Shown: positions 28,178 to 36,964 of the stretch, piece by piece
Layout: each line of letters starts with the position of its first letter
Numbering within the stretch: the first letter of the stretch is position 1
Virus record (IMG/VR): IMGVR_UViG_3300012016_000004
Span: 1-64,000 of that record
Origin: a virus
Lineage: Duplodnaviria > Caudoviricetes
Reading direction: 5' to 3' (one strand)
Length of the DNA stretch: 64,000 nucleotides
Program-made: the position numbers and the translations under genes
The notes under the pieces: model-generated
What the model was told of the DNA's origin: nothing
Database searches by the model: none
The model's input: only the letters and a program-made list of their open reading frames with translations

Positions 28178-28504
28178 TTAGTTAAGGATGAAACTCATGT
28201 CGTACTTGGAGAACGGGTCTTCTACGGAGCCAGCTGCATGGCAGTTGAGAATGGCCGAGAACTTGTAGCTTCCGCATTCGATTTCCATCTTGTATTCTTT
28301 CCACTGAACACCGTCCGAGTTCTTTCTGTACCCACCGTTCTCGCACCAGACATCAACGTTGCATCCATTCTCACAGAGAGCATCGATGACATCGTTTTTG
28401 CCTTGCCACCATTCATCGTAGTACATCTTGGAAGTGAGCGGGCTGATGGAGCGGTAGAGTTGGTTCTTTGCTCCGGTCTTTGTCTGATAATTTGCAGCTT
28501 TCAT
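28178..28504 (-). CDS. Hypothetical early protein
   Basis: 108 aa; first gene behind a promoter cassette. Confidence 0.7.
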   Translation of the reverse strand: MKAANYQTKTGAKNQLYRSISPLTSKMYYDEWWQGKNDVIDALCENGCNVDVWCENGGYRKNSDGVQWKEYKMEIECGSYKFSAILNCHAAGSVEDPFSKYDMSFILN

Positions 28505-28620
28505 CTTACTTGCTTTCGTTAGAAGTTGGTGTATTATTTGGTACTGTAAAGATAGGCATTTTATTTGGATTTACCAAATTTAATCGCTTAATTATCAATG
28601 ATTTATGCAATTATTTTTCA
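28505..28620 (-). promoter_or_regulatory. Repeated early promoter cassette, copy 3
   Basis: Shares ttatttggtactgtaaagatag and ccaaatttaatcgcttaatt (plus strand) with copy 1. Confidence 0.7.
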
Positions 28621-28640
28621 TCGCGTAGCCTGGCGGGAAT

Positions 28641-28690
28641 TTACTCGCCTTACTCGGATTTTACTTACTCGAAAAGATTTACTACCTTTG
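28641..28690 (+). promoter_or_regulatory. Rightward promoter with three TTACTCG direct repeats
   Basis: TACCTTTG at 28683-28690; TTACTCG at 28641, 28650 and 28665. Confidence 0.55.
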
Positions 28691-28712
28691 TATCTACAAG
28701 CAAGTTAGAGAG

Positions 28713-28904
28713 ATGAAAGAAGAATTTACAACAGCAATGCACGAGGAACTCATCGGAAAGGAGATTCCTCATAGCGACCTTCTTATCGGCAGTGTTTACG
28801 GAGCAATCAAAAACGGCGTAAAGAAATCTGATGCGCTTGCAAAATACGGAGTATCAGAATCTGAGTACGACCAAAATATCCATCGTGTCTTATACTCCGT
28901 TTAG
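28713..28904 (+). CDS. Small protein, candidate immunity factor for the MuF toxin domain
   Basis: 63 aa; only supported plus-strand gene; own promoter; 3' end overlaps the MuF gene by 15 nt. Confidence 0.6.
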   Translation: MKEEFTTAMHEELIGKEIPHSDLLIGSVYGAIKNGVKKSDALAKYGVSESEYDQNIHRVLYSV

Positions 28905-30734
28905 ATAGCCCCTCAAGTATGACATCGCTTTCGGATCATCGAGAAACATTACTCCGTCCCAGCTACTTCCATACAAAATAGCCTTTGCTCCAGGAATCTC
29001 CGCAAATAAGCGCATCGGGAAAAGACCTCTATGGTCGATATAGTAGCTATCGTACGCCTTCTTGAAAGCTATACCAAGTTCAGTATTTTCTGCTTCTGCA
29101 AGACTGATAAACGCCCTTGCCGTTTTGCTATCGGTAGAGAATCCATATCTCGCCCAGCAATAGCCACCCACATCAATATTTGCACGTAAGTCAATCCGGC
29201 TGAATTTCGACCTCTTATACTCATTAAGGAACACATTGAAGACCTTCTTAGATGCACCCTTACCTTGAAACTGGGTTGCCAATTCAAAGCTTTGGTGCTC
29301 TACCCTTATCTCACCATCAAGCATAGAGAACTGGCGTTCCAATCTGAAATAATCTCCATCAAGAGTCAATCTAAAGGCATTCTGACCATCTACAACCACA
29401 CGTTTGAAAGACGCTCCGAATCCATATTCGTCATAGATTGACTGCATACCTCTCTCAATTCGAGGGAGATTAAAATGCGACAGAGGTACACAAGACTCGA
29501 TGGCCTGCAAAGCATCCTTTCCAACAAGCTGTTCGCCAGAATTTGTTTTGAAAGCATATCCGGAGGAAATCATCGACTGCACAGATTCAATACTCCATGA
29601 GAAACTCTGTTGCGCTTCTTTAACGATAGCATCTACAACTGCCTTATTGTCTTTGATGAAGTATGGGAGAGACCCTCGCATCTCAGCTTGCGTGATCCTA
29701 TCACTGTTGTCCGAAACCCAATCCTTGAAGTTGCCAGGCACATCGCTGATATAATTCTTCGACTGTGTTGTATCGTAATCTTCTCCATTGATGTAGGCCA
29801 GTGTCCTCGCCTCCATCTCCTCATCGGAAATCAGAATCGGCACCATGTAGCACCGGCAGTTCGGATGCCACCCATTCCACTTAAAGTCCTTTGGGTAACG
29901 TCCGGCCAGCGAAGCACACACCGGGCAATCGTAAGGATGGTTACTCCTCTTGATCTCAATACCGACAACATAGTCTTTCTCCAGATAGCTCAACTGCTCC
30001 GCGTTCCGGTAGGCCATGTTAATCTCCGTTCTGGCCAGGCGCTTTGCATTCTTGAAGGAGCTTCTGTAAACACCCTCGCCGGGGTTGTAGGCAGCGGCAT
30101 TCTTCGACAGATGGAGCATCCCAAACTCATCCCGCACCCTGCGGAACAGCTTACTCGGCTCATTCAGCAGTTCCTTCATGGATTCAGCCAGTTCGTCCGC
30201 GCTGGTGCCACTGGCTATGGAGCGGGCCAGTTCCGCTTCTATACGGCTCTGATTTGCAAGATTCCAAACCCTTGAAGAGAGATTGAGACCGCCAATCTGA
30301 CGGGTCTGGAAAGCCTTTAGCGCAGTTTCATGATTGTTCAGATGCTCACCAACCATCGAAGCCTTCAATTCGTCCGCAGAGATGCCCAGCTTCTTCATCC
30401 GGGAAGTGAGGCCGGTCTTCTGCATCACATACTCCAGGATACCGTCATTCGCATCCTGCGTACCATGCGCCCACTCGGCTGTGGTCCCAGTGATAATGGT
30501 TTGCCCCATACCGCGAGCGAGGCTGGCAACAAGGTTGTCAACCTCCCTCTTGATTTCCGGATAGTCGGAGAAATAGAACTGGCCGTCCTTTTCGCGGTCG
30601 TAGGATACACTTGTGGACAAGGAAATGAATCGACCAGTAGCCTTTCTCATTAGCGACTCAATGCGCTTGACATACTGCTCGATTCTCCTTAGGTTAGCGG
30701 CACCTAATCTCTGATAGCTGCCTTCGAGACTCAT
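28890..30734 (-). CDS. Minor head protein (MuF/SPP1 gp7-like) with C-terminal GNAT-like domain
   Basis: RLARTEINMAY...CPVCASLAGRYPKDFKWNGWHPNCRC MuF motifs; C-terminal FQGKGASK...GGYCWARYGF. Confidence 0.8.
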   Translation of the reverse strand: MSLEGSYQRLGAANLRRIEQYVKRIESLMRKATGRFISLSTSVSYDREKDGQFYFSDYPEIKREVDNLVASLARGMGQTIITGTTAEWAHGTQDANDGILEYVMQKTGLTSRMKKLGISADELKASMVGEHLNNHETALKAFQTRQIGGLNLSSRVWNLANQSRIEAELARSIASGTSADELAESMKELLNEPSKLFRRVRDEFGMLHLSKNAAAYNPGEGVYRSSFKNAKRLARTEINMAYRNAEQLSYLEKDYVVGIEIKRSNHPYDCPVCASLAGRYPKDFKWNGWHPNCRCYMVPILISDEEMEARTLAYINGEDYDTTQSKNYISDVPGNFKDWVSDNSDRITQAEMRGSLPYFIKDNKAVVDAIVKEAQQSFSWSIESVQSMISSGYAFKTNSGEQLVGKDALQAIESCVPLSHFNLPRIERGMQSIYDEYGFGASFKRVVVDGQNAFRLTLDGDYFRLERQFSMLDGEIRVEHQSFELATQFQGKGASKKVFNVFLNEYKRSKFSRIDLRANIDVGGYCWARYGFSTDSKTARAFISLAEAENTELGIAFKKAYDSYYIDHRGLFPMRLFAEIPGAKAILYGSSWDGVMFLDDPKAMSYLRGYLNGV

Positions 30735-32152
30735 TACTCAGCACCGGGGAAAAGTTCGATCTGACGTTCGGTCTCGGACTGCGCTGCTGCTTCCGTCTCA
30801 ATCTGCTCATAATCAGCCTCCGGGTCTTCCACCAGATTGGCCTCCATGACAGAAGCCTTGTGGGAGATGATGGCCTTGCCACCGTTCGCTTTCGTTAGAT
30901 TGTTGATGTCGGTGGTCGTGTCGTTCTGAATGAACGGCGTGATGACATGCTTGCATGTGGTGGTATGGACAAACGGCATCCACTCCGGGTTCTCATGTGC
31001 AACGATGGCCTTCACCACCTCAAACTCGCGGTCAAGGAACTCGATGATGTCATGGGATTCCTCCTTCACCTTGAGGTGTGCATCCGTCAGCAGGGTCTTC
31101 CTGGCCTCGCCGGACTGGGCACCAAGTCCCTTTATGTTCTCCAGCGAAAGGTCCGGAAGCTGCGTTACTTCGCAGTTGATTTGCTTGAGCATGTCCACAT
31201 GGGTCTTGCTGTCAGAAGTGGTCAGAGCCGGAGCTACGAGGTCAAGGTCACCTCCCTGCTCCAGCTTATACACCTGGCGAGATGTATCGCCGACTGGCAT
31301 GTCACCTTCAATCGTACCCATGATTTTCAGAATAGGCGTAGAGTTTTTCCGGATATTGTCAGAGTTACGACTGAGGGTAAACTCAATATCATCACGGTTC
31401 GTAGAGATACCGTCATAGATGGGAAGCGGACGGCACAGATAGATGGCCGGGATTTTATTTATGTCAATATCCACATCCTCCAGAATCCATTCGCTGCCCT
31501 CCTTTGTGAAATAGTAGGCTTTCTCTGCCGTAAACGCATCGAAGTGGTCCACACTATCGGCATCCCTATATTCAAAACTGAGGACGATAAGGTCATCCAT
31601 ATCGTCAAAGTACGGATAAATCTTTGCGGAGGTTATTTTCGAATACTTTTTCGGCATCGGCGAGAAACTCCTGCAGCGAATCTTGGACTTGGTGCTGAAT
31701 CCATACCTATTGTGCTCCTCTTTGCCCTCTACGACAAACCAGAACGTAGCGCATTCGCACCCGGCAAAATATGCGTAGAATCGCTTCGCATTCACACCAT
31801 CGATGCGAACGTATTCATACACCTTGTCAATGGCGTTCTGGAAAGCTTTTTCGCTATCGTTGGACGGTTTGCTGTATCGGCGCTTTACCGGGATGGAGAA
31901 TGCCATCTGGTTCATGCGACGGGCAGCAATCATTTCGGCAGGATAGACGAGCTTGGCCGGGACTTCCTTCTTGGCATTCTTTACTTTGACCCTCGGACGG
32001 CGAGACGGGTCTGCGATGATGTCGTGCAGCTTCGGGACAAAGTTCTTTTCCAGCTCGCCCCATGACGGACAATCCTTCCCCTGGCTGGATAGGATTTCCA
32101 TAATCTTCTCCGGCTTCAATCCTCCTTCAAAGATTTCTTCAAGAGACTTCAT
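30734..32152 (-). CDS. Portal protein (SPP1-like)
   Basis: 472 aa immediately after TerL; SGEARK...FLDREFEVVK. Confidence 0.85.
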   Translation of the reverse strand: MKSLEEIFEGGLKPEKIMEILSSQGKDCPSWGELEKNFVPKLHDIIADPSRRPRVKVKNAKKEVPAKLVYPAEMIAARRMNQMAFSIPVKRRYSKPSNDSEKAFQNAIDKVYEYVRIDGVNAKRFYAYFAGCECATFWFVVEGKEEHNRYGFSTKSKIRCRSFSPMPKKYSKITSAKIYPYFDDMDDLIVLSFEYRDADSVDHFDAFTAEKAYYFTKEGSEWILEDVDIDINKIPAIYLCRPLPIYDGISTNRDDIEFTLSRNSDNIRKNSTPILKIMGTIEGDMPVGDTSRQVYKLEQGGDLDLVAPALTTSDSKTHVDMLKQINCEVTQLPDLSLENIKGLGAQSGEARKTLLTDAHLKVKEESHDIIEFLDREFEVVKAIVAHENPEWMPFVHTTTCKHVITPFIQNDTTTDINNLTKANGGKAIISHKASVMEANLVEDPEADYEQIETEAAAQSETERQIELFPGAE

Positions 32153-32182
32153 AACTTACTTTCGTGAATTGGTTAACCGATG

Positions 32183-32215
32183 CAAAGATAATAAATTCCG
32201 TTTCAAAATGAAACG
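32183..32215 (-). promoter_or_regulatory. Portal operon promoter with palindromic operator
   Basis: TATCTTTG (32190-32183); CGTTTCA-N3-TGAAACG (32199-32215). Confidence 0.6.
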
Positions 32216-32216
32216 C

Positions 32217-33749
32217 TTAGTCCATATCTTCTTCAATTTCCTCGACCGACAGCCCCTTGCTGTCCTTCACCGGATAGAAAGTATTGCACAACGCATCCCA
32301 CTTATCTGGCGAGCGGCCAAGCCTTTCCTTGATGTCCTCCTTCTTCTCTATGAGGATGGAGCCGGTGCTGGTAAACGACCACTTGATGGCCGTCGCTTCC
32401 TCCAAAAGCATATCATCTGGCGGCAACATGGCACCAGTCTTGTTCTTCGGATTGAGCCAGTCTCTCACACACCAATGCAGATATGCCCTCATATTGGCAA
32501 ATTTGTACTGTCCGGTTTTATCGGACAGTCCGTTGGCGCCCTCGCTGAACTTACACGAATAGGCATTCTTAATATTCAGTTCCTGGAGCCGAGAGTACAC
32601 GCCGGCGCCTTCTCCGATGGTATCAATCAAGGCCCGCGACTTCTTCTTGCTCTGATGAAGGCCGTTGATAGTCATTCCGGCAACCTTCATGTGGTCGGCT
32701 TTGCCACCCGACTGATGCACCTGGAATCTGGAAACGTAGTTGTCGTAGCGGTAGCATAAGTTGGAGCTATCACGGCCCATACCAGCCACATCAACACCAA
32801 GGTCCAGATCCTCATCCGGAATCCAGTCATCGCCCATCTCCTCCTTTTTCTCCTTCCATCTCTCCTGGGCAAGAGTGACCCACTCGTAAGGGATGAGGCA
32901 GTCTTCGGAGGCGCGAGGGAATAGCCCAAGCACCTTTACACGGAAAAGGTCATTTGGACGATACAGCCCACCTTCCCATTTGAAGTCTCCCTCGCCCTCA
33001 TTGAAGTCATCCGGGTTGTAGATAGGGGTACACCAGTTTTCAACCTTATCGGCCACCCAGCGATAGTCCACCTGGCCGGGGAAAATCATCTGCTTCCTCA
33101 CGACATTCTCTGCATTCAGAGAGTTAAGCCGGAAGTGCTTGAATCGGTCAGAGGACATGGCCTTGGCCGCATAGCCGGAAGTGATATTCGGGTTAAACAC
33201 CAGCAGCAGCCGTGAATCGCCCTGCAGGTTACCTTCTATGGCATTGTACACCGTTTCCGAGATACCGGATGCTTCCGTCACGGCGAACATGATGTGGACG
33301 GCATGGAGACCGGACCAAGACTCTGTTTCCTCCGCTGCCTTGAAGCCGGTCAGAAACCATTCCTCATACGGAGTCTTAATCTTCGAGGACTGGAGTATGC
33401 CAGGAAGGAATCCGGCCCGGCGGTAGAGCCTGGAGATTTCCGGCATCATGATGTTATACACCTGCCGGCCGGTAGGCGCAGTCATGATGACCTTCGTATT
33501 CTCAACCAGCTCTCCCTTCTTGTTGAATCTGGGGGTCAGATATAGAAAGCAGAGGCATCCGCAGGCCGAGACAAAATCCTTGCCCCTTGAGGTCCCGGAT
33601 GCCACTGCTGTCATCGGATTCGTTTGGAGGGATTCGATGATGGCTTGCTGTTCTTTGTCAAGACGAGCACCAAGCACATCCCGGACAAACTTGTTCCAGT
33701 CTGCCCGCCAAGACATCATGTATTTCAGTCCTTTCTCGTTTACCTCCAT
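32217..33749 (-). CDS. Terminase large subunit
   Basis: VASGTSRGKD Walker A, FAVTEASG Walker B, LLVFNP motif, LGVDVAGMGRD and SPDKWDAL nuclease motifs. Confidence 0.92.
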   Translation of the reverse strand: MEVNEKGLKYMMSWRADWNKFVRDVLGARLDKEQQAIIESLQTNPMTAVASGTSRGKDFVSACGCLCFLYLTPRFNKKGELVENTKVIMTAPTGRQVYNIMMPEISRLYRRAGFLPGILQSSKIKTPYEEWFLTGFKAAEETESWSGLHAVHIMFAVTEASGISETVYNAIEGNLQGDSRLLLVFNPNITSGYAAKAMSSDRFKHFRLNSLNAENVVRKQMIFPGQVDYRWVADKVENWCTPIYNPDDFNEGEGDFKWEGGLYRPNDLFRVKVLGLFPRASEDCLIPYEWVTLAQERWKEKKEEMGDDWIPDEDLDLGVDVAGMGRDSSNLCYRYDNYVSRFQVHQSGGKADHMKVAGMTINGLHQSKKKSRALIDTIGEGAGVYSRLQELNIKNAYSCKFSEGANGLSDKTGQYKFANMRAYLHWCVRDWLNPKNKTGAMLPPDDMLLEEATAIKWSFTSTGSILIEKKEDIKERLGRSPDKWDALCNTFYPVKDSKGLSVEEIEEDMD

Positions 33750-33765
33750 TTCTCATAGTCGTACT

Positions 33766-34992
33766 CTATCGGACGATTCCTCGATACAGATAGTCGCGCA
33801 GCTCCGGCAAGGTCATCTTTCCGATGCCAAGGTAGTCAAGGCTGTACTTCGATGTGGCTCTGAGGTCTTTCTCATGGAAGGCAGAACCAATGACGATCAT
33901 CGAATCAATGACCGGAGTTGGAACGCCGAACTTCGCGCCCAGCTCGCTGTAAATCTTGCATCCGACCGGAATGTCCTCCGTGATGTAACGGTGGTTGATA
34001 TTGTCCGGTCCAGTATTGCCTTCATCGCACGGCTTGTCCAGAGGGAACACCACATTGTCCCTTCCGCTGGCATCAAGGCCCATGTACTCTGCCGTGAGGA
34101 TGCTGCGCCGGGAGAAGAACTGCTCGTACTCATACTCCGGGTACTTGATACCGATAGCATCGGCAATAGCGCACTCCTCTTTGTAGAACCGGTACTGTGT
34201 TCTGCAGATGGAAGGGCAAAGGCCATGCGAGTACATGGAATAGCTGCCGGGGGCATTCCCGTACACTTCCCAATTCTCCATGCTTGAAACGCCAAGCAAT
34301 GACGCAGGGACATGGATAACCGGGTTCACATTGGAGAAACCGATGTCAAGCATCGTATCGCCGACCACCGGACCGTCCCCCTTTGTCACAGACTCCATGC
34401 ACGGTAGATAGTCCACGGAATCCATGAACGTTGCAATGTCCGTCATCGGAAGGCAAGCACCGCGAAGACTGATGGCCCGATACTTAACACCAACATGGTT
34501 GGTCCAGAATCCGGCCACCTTCTCTATCCTCGTGCCGTAAGGAGCGGAAGACCATCCTCCAACGATAACATCCTTTGTACAACCGGCTTCACGCATCAGT
34601 TTCCTGAGCAGCAAGCTCGCGTAGTTGTCCGGGAACGTGTGGATAATCATTCCGTCCTCCAGCAGCGGGACGAGTTTCCGCAGGTAGTCTTCGTGGGCAA
34701 GCGCAGGGACAGAGATGAGTATGAGCTTTGCTCCTCTCACCGCCTCGGCCATGTCGTTCGTAACGACATCAAGAAATGCACGGCCAGAACGTTCGAATCC
34801 ATACAGATTGCGCTGGATACCGTCAAGCAGGATGCCGGTGCGCTCTACATACTGGATAGACTTCGGGCTACGCGAGTACAGACGGACCTCGCGGCCGGCC
34901 AGCTTGCAGTCAGCAGCGAGTGTCTTTCCGACGGCGCCACCACCGAGTACGGCGATGGGGCAGTCTTTCAGATAGGTTAAATTCTTCATCAT
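33766..34992 (-). CDS. NAD(P)-dependent opine (octopine/nopaline-type) dehydrogenase
   Basis: IAVLGGGAVG Rossmann fold; SNVNPVIH; C-terminal GPDNINHRYITEDIPVG...FGVPTPVIDSMI. Confidence 0.85.
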   Translation of the reverse strand: MMKNLTYLKDCPIAVLGGGAVGKTLAADCKLAGREVRLYSRSPKSIQYVERTGILLDGIQRNLYGFERSGRAFLDVVTNDMAEAVRGAKLILISVPALAHEDYLRKLVPLLEDGMIIHTFPDNYASLLLRKLMREAGCTKDVIVGGWSSAPYGTRIEKVAGFWTNHVGVKYRAISLRGACLPMTDIATFMDSVDYLPCMESVTKGDGPVVGDTMLDIGFSNVNPVIHVPASLLGVSSMENWEVYGNAPGSYSMYSHGLCPSICRTQYRFYKEECAIADAIGIKYPEYEYEQFFSRRSILTAEYMGLDASGRDNVVFPLDKPCDEGNTGPDNINHRYITEDIPVGCKIYSELGAKFGVPTPVIDSMIVIGSAFHEKDLRATSKYSLDYLGIGKMTLPELRDYLYRGIVR

Positions 34993-35019
34993 AAACTTAC
35001 TTTCGTTATTTGGGTACTA

Positions 35020-35361
35020 TTATTCCGGATTATCCGGGAGTTTCTTCATCATCTCCTCGAAGGGATTCAGCTGGACCTTGTTCTCCACCGTCTCCACATA
35101 GCCACGTTCTTTACCCTTCGTCTTTAAGAAGAAGATGAGGCAGGTATCGTTCCCCGCATCTATCTTCTCTATGAGCTTGGACTCTGCCCAGTCAATCAGA
35201 GACTCGTCAACGTCCTTGAGCATCTCCGCAAGTTTCGGAAACGACTTCCTCCAATGGTAGAACTGTGTGCGCCCACATCCGAGAGCAGTGCAGGTGGCAG
35301 ACACGTTGCCACCCTTCTTCTCATACACCTTTGCAATGGTTGCAAAACTTGGTCTTTTCAT
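35020..35361 (-). CDS. Terminase small subunit-like HTH protein
   Basis: GNVSATCTALGCGRTQFYHW...IFFLKTKGKERGYVE. Confidence 0.75.
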   Translation of the reverse strand: MKRPSFATIAKVYEKKGGNVSATCTALGCGRTQFYHWRKSFPKLAEMLKDVDESLIDWAESKLIEKIDAGNDTCLIFFLKTKGKERGYVETVENKVQLNPFEEMMKKLPDNPE

Positions 35362-35372
35362 ATCTTCTCCTC

Positions 35373-36224
35373 CTATTTTGTTGCGGTCTCAACGACCTTG
35401 CGAATAAATTCATCATATTCTATCCCGGCGCATTCTTTGGCGCAACCGGCCAGGTGGTCCGTGGCGCCGAGACATGGGTACAGATTGAGGTCAATGAGCA
35501 CGTAGTCTCCGTCCAGTGTCTGACGGAAGTCTATTCTCATGTATCTCTTGGCGCCGACCGCCCAGAAAGCGGCCCGTGCATAGCGGATCAGCTTATCATC
35601 AATCAGCGGATGGCAGACATCCACCTCCTTGAACTTGAGTTCGTGAGTGAGGATGCCGGACTTACTCTCATACTCAAGTATGACCGGCCAGCAATCCGGA
35701 ACGCCAGTCTTGTAATTGGCTACGAGGCCGACGGTGCAGTCGCGCCCTTCCACAAACTCCTCGATAATGGCATGGTCATTAAGGGTGGTCTCAATCTCCA
35801 CGACCTTCTTGCGGATTGCCTCGCGAGACGTGCAGATGGAGTCCTCGTCAATACAGTTGCTATCTTCGCCATGCATCGGCTTGACGAAATAACGGCCACC
35901 GTCACAAGGCTCTATGACGGTTTCTGGGACACGAACTCCGGCCTGCCGGAGCAAACCCTTACTGATTGCCTTATCGTGCGTCAGATGCACCGTTTCCCGG
36001 CTTTCTGCCGTAGTGTATGCGCACGTCGCAACAAGCTTGTCAATGATGGTGCGGTTCCTGGTCTGAACGAGAATCCTATCGCTGGGACAGATATAGTGAA
36101 AATCATCGTCCTCCGTGGCGAAGATTCTCTTGATATTGGAGCCGAACACCCTTTCAAGGTGGGCATACCTTTCGTCCGGCATGAAGGCGCTTTCCTCGCG
36201 CCTGGTGGTTACAACGTAAATCAT
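35373..36224 (-). CDS. ATP-grasp ligase (D-Ala-D-Ala ligase-like)
   Basis: DKAISKGLL..AGVRVP, YFVKPMHGEDS, IIEEFVEGRD.TV, RIDFR, DLNLYP. Confidence 0.85.
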   Translation of the reverse strand: MIYVVTTRREESAFMPDERYAHLERVFGSNIKRIFATEDDDFHYICPSDRILVQTRNRTIIDKLVATCAYTTAESRETVHLTHDKAISKGLLRQAGVRVPETVIEPCDGGRYFVKPMHGEDSNCIDEDSICTSREAIRKKVVEIETTLNDHAIIEEFVEGRDCTVGLVANYKTGVPDCWPVILEYESKSGILTHELKFKEVDVCHPLIDDKLIRYARAAFWAVGAKRYMRIDFRQTLDGDYVLIDLNLYPCLGATDHLAGCAKECAGIEYDEFIRKVVETATK

Positions 36225-36232
36225 ACTGATAC

Positions 36233-36964
36233 CTATTTCTTTCCCGCTGATTCAAAAGCCGTCATACTATCTCCTATTTGCATCAGAGCCAGCTCCAGAA
36301 TCTTCGAGAATATGATGTTTGAGGATTTGATTTCGAGCTTCTGATTTATCTCCTTGGAGAGCTTGAGATACAGCTCCTCGTTCGGCTCGTTCTCGGCCAT
36401 GACAACGACATCGCTTTTCTTGATAGCCTCACGCAACTCCCCGACCAGTTCCTCGAAATACTGCATGGCCTTGTTATACAGAACAAGCGTGACCGTGAAG
36501 GTCTCCTTCTCCAGAGGGGATGCGATGGAACCGACATCAATGTTGCCGATTTCGTCAATGTTGATGTGGGCGAACTTCTTGAAGTCAACACTCGAAATGC
36601 TTTCGAACAATTTCTTCAAGATGCTCTTGTTGTCTGTCCCATGCAAGGAGTTGTGGGAAAGCTGGATTGCTACAATCTCATCTTTCGTCAATTCTGACTC
36701 CAGGGCATAAAGAATGCCTATCTCTGTGAAGCCCTTCTTGCGACATGCATGGACACGATGATGACCACTGATGATAGTAAACCGGCCATTCTCCCGCTTA
36801 TAGCAGGTCGGCACCGAACTTAAACCACTCCGGCCGATGTTCTCGACCAACTGATTGAAGTCATCGTCAGACATCATGTTGGCATTCAACTCGGCATCGT
36901 CTATCATGTCGATGGGTACGACCTCGTACTTCCATCGGTTTTCCACTTTATCCTTTTGCTGCAT
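36233..36964 (-). CDS. ParB/Srx-like N-terminal domain protein
   Basis: LNANMMSDDDFNQLVENIGRSG...FTIISGHHRVHA...SHNSLHG. Confidence 0.85.
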   Translation of the reverse strand: MQQKDKVENRWKYEVVPIDMIDDAELNANMMSDDDFNQLVENIGRSGLSSVPTCYKRENGRFTIISGHHRVHACRKKGFTEIGILYALESELTKDEIVAIQLSHNSLHGTDNKSILKKLFESISSVDFKKFAHINIDEIGNIDVGSIASPLEKETFTVTLVLYNKAMQYFEELVGELREAIKKSDVVVMAENEPNEELYLKLSKEINQKLEIKSSNIIFSKILELALMQIGDSMTAFESAGKK

